This document shows, in pieces, positions 63,931 through 64,000 of a stretch of 64,000 nt of DNA. The stretch's first letter is position 1; every line of letters begins with the position of its first letter. Location: positions 98,718,410 to 98,782,409 of the forward strand of contig NC_068982.1 in assembly GCF_001194135.2 (NCBI RefSeq), in the 5' to 3' direction. The stretch comes from Octopus bimaculoides (Eukaryota). The position numbers and the translations under genes are program-made. The notes under the pieces were generated by a model, which was not told where the DNA came from, did not search any database, and saw only the letters and a program-made list of their open reading frames with translations.

Positions 63931-64000
63931 CTAGTTAAAGAGAACAAACATAGCACTTGTAAATATAACACCGCTAATTCATGTATTTAAAGCATGTACT

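Noticed and set aside
1-64000. Horizontally acquired or prokaryotic/viral gene cluster
   Set aside because: No long intronless ORFs, operon structure or compositional island; all ORFs over 150 aa are explained by transposons, microsatellites or base composition.

Overview
AT-rich, microsatellite- and SINE-dense animal genomic DNA with eight N-gaps. The repeat families suggest a cephalopod, probably Octopus (inference, not a database result). The right 32 kb holds the 3' part of a minus-strand PDXDC1 orthologue (pyridoxal-dependent decarboxylase domain-containing 1). I assembled it by hand from 15 GT-AG coding exons (63930 to stop at 31782; 1682 nt; all splice phases compatible; about 560 aa; N-terminus lies beyond the right edge). 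The left 25 kb has no confidently identifiable gene. It holds a truncated Gypsy LTR element (LTR, tRNA-Trp PBS, gag), a hAT MITE with a perfect 8-bp TSD, a decayed near-full-length mariner, CR1/RTE fragments, many tRNA-derived SINEs, Penelope-like repeats carrying a decayed hammerhead ribozyme, and a duplicated exon-like unit of unknown identity. Best leads: (1) this PDXDC1 keeps Asp and Lys at the positions matching the PLP-binding residues of group II decarboxylases, where human PDXDC1 (from memory) has Glu and Pro; (2) its introns contain four separate fold-back structures (a perfect 39-bp hairpin, a ~480-nt foldback, a ~90%-identical local inverted duplication, and an inverted pair of DD37D transposons bracketing two exons); (3) a candidate 57-nt frame-preserving cassette exon. 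I found no prokaryotic-type system or CRISPR array and cannot demonstrate a new biological system from sequence alone. All alignments and identities were done by eye.
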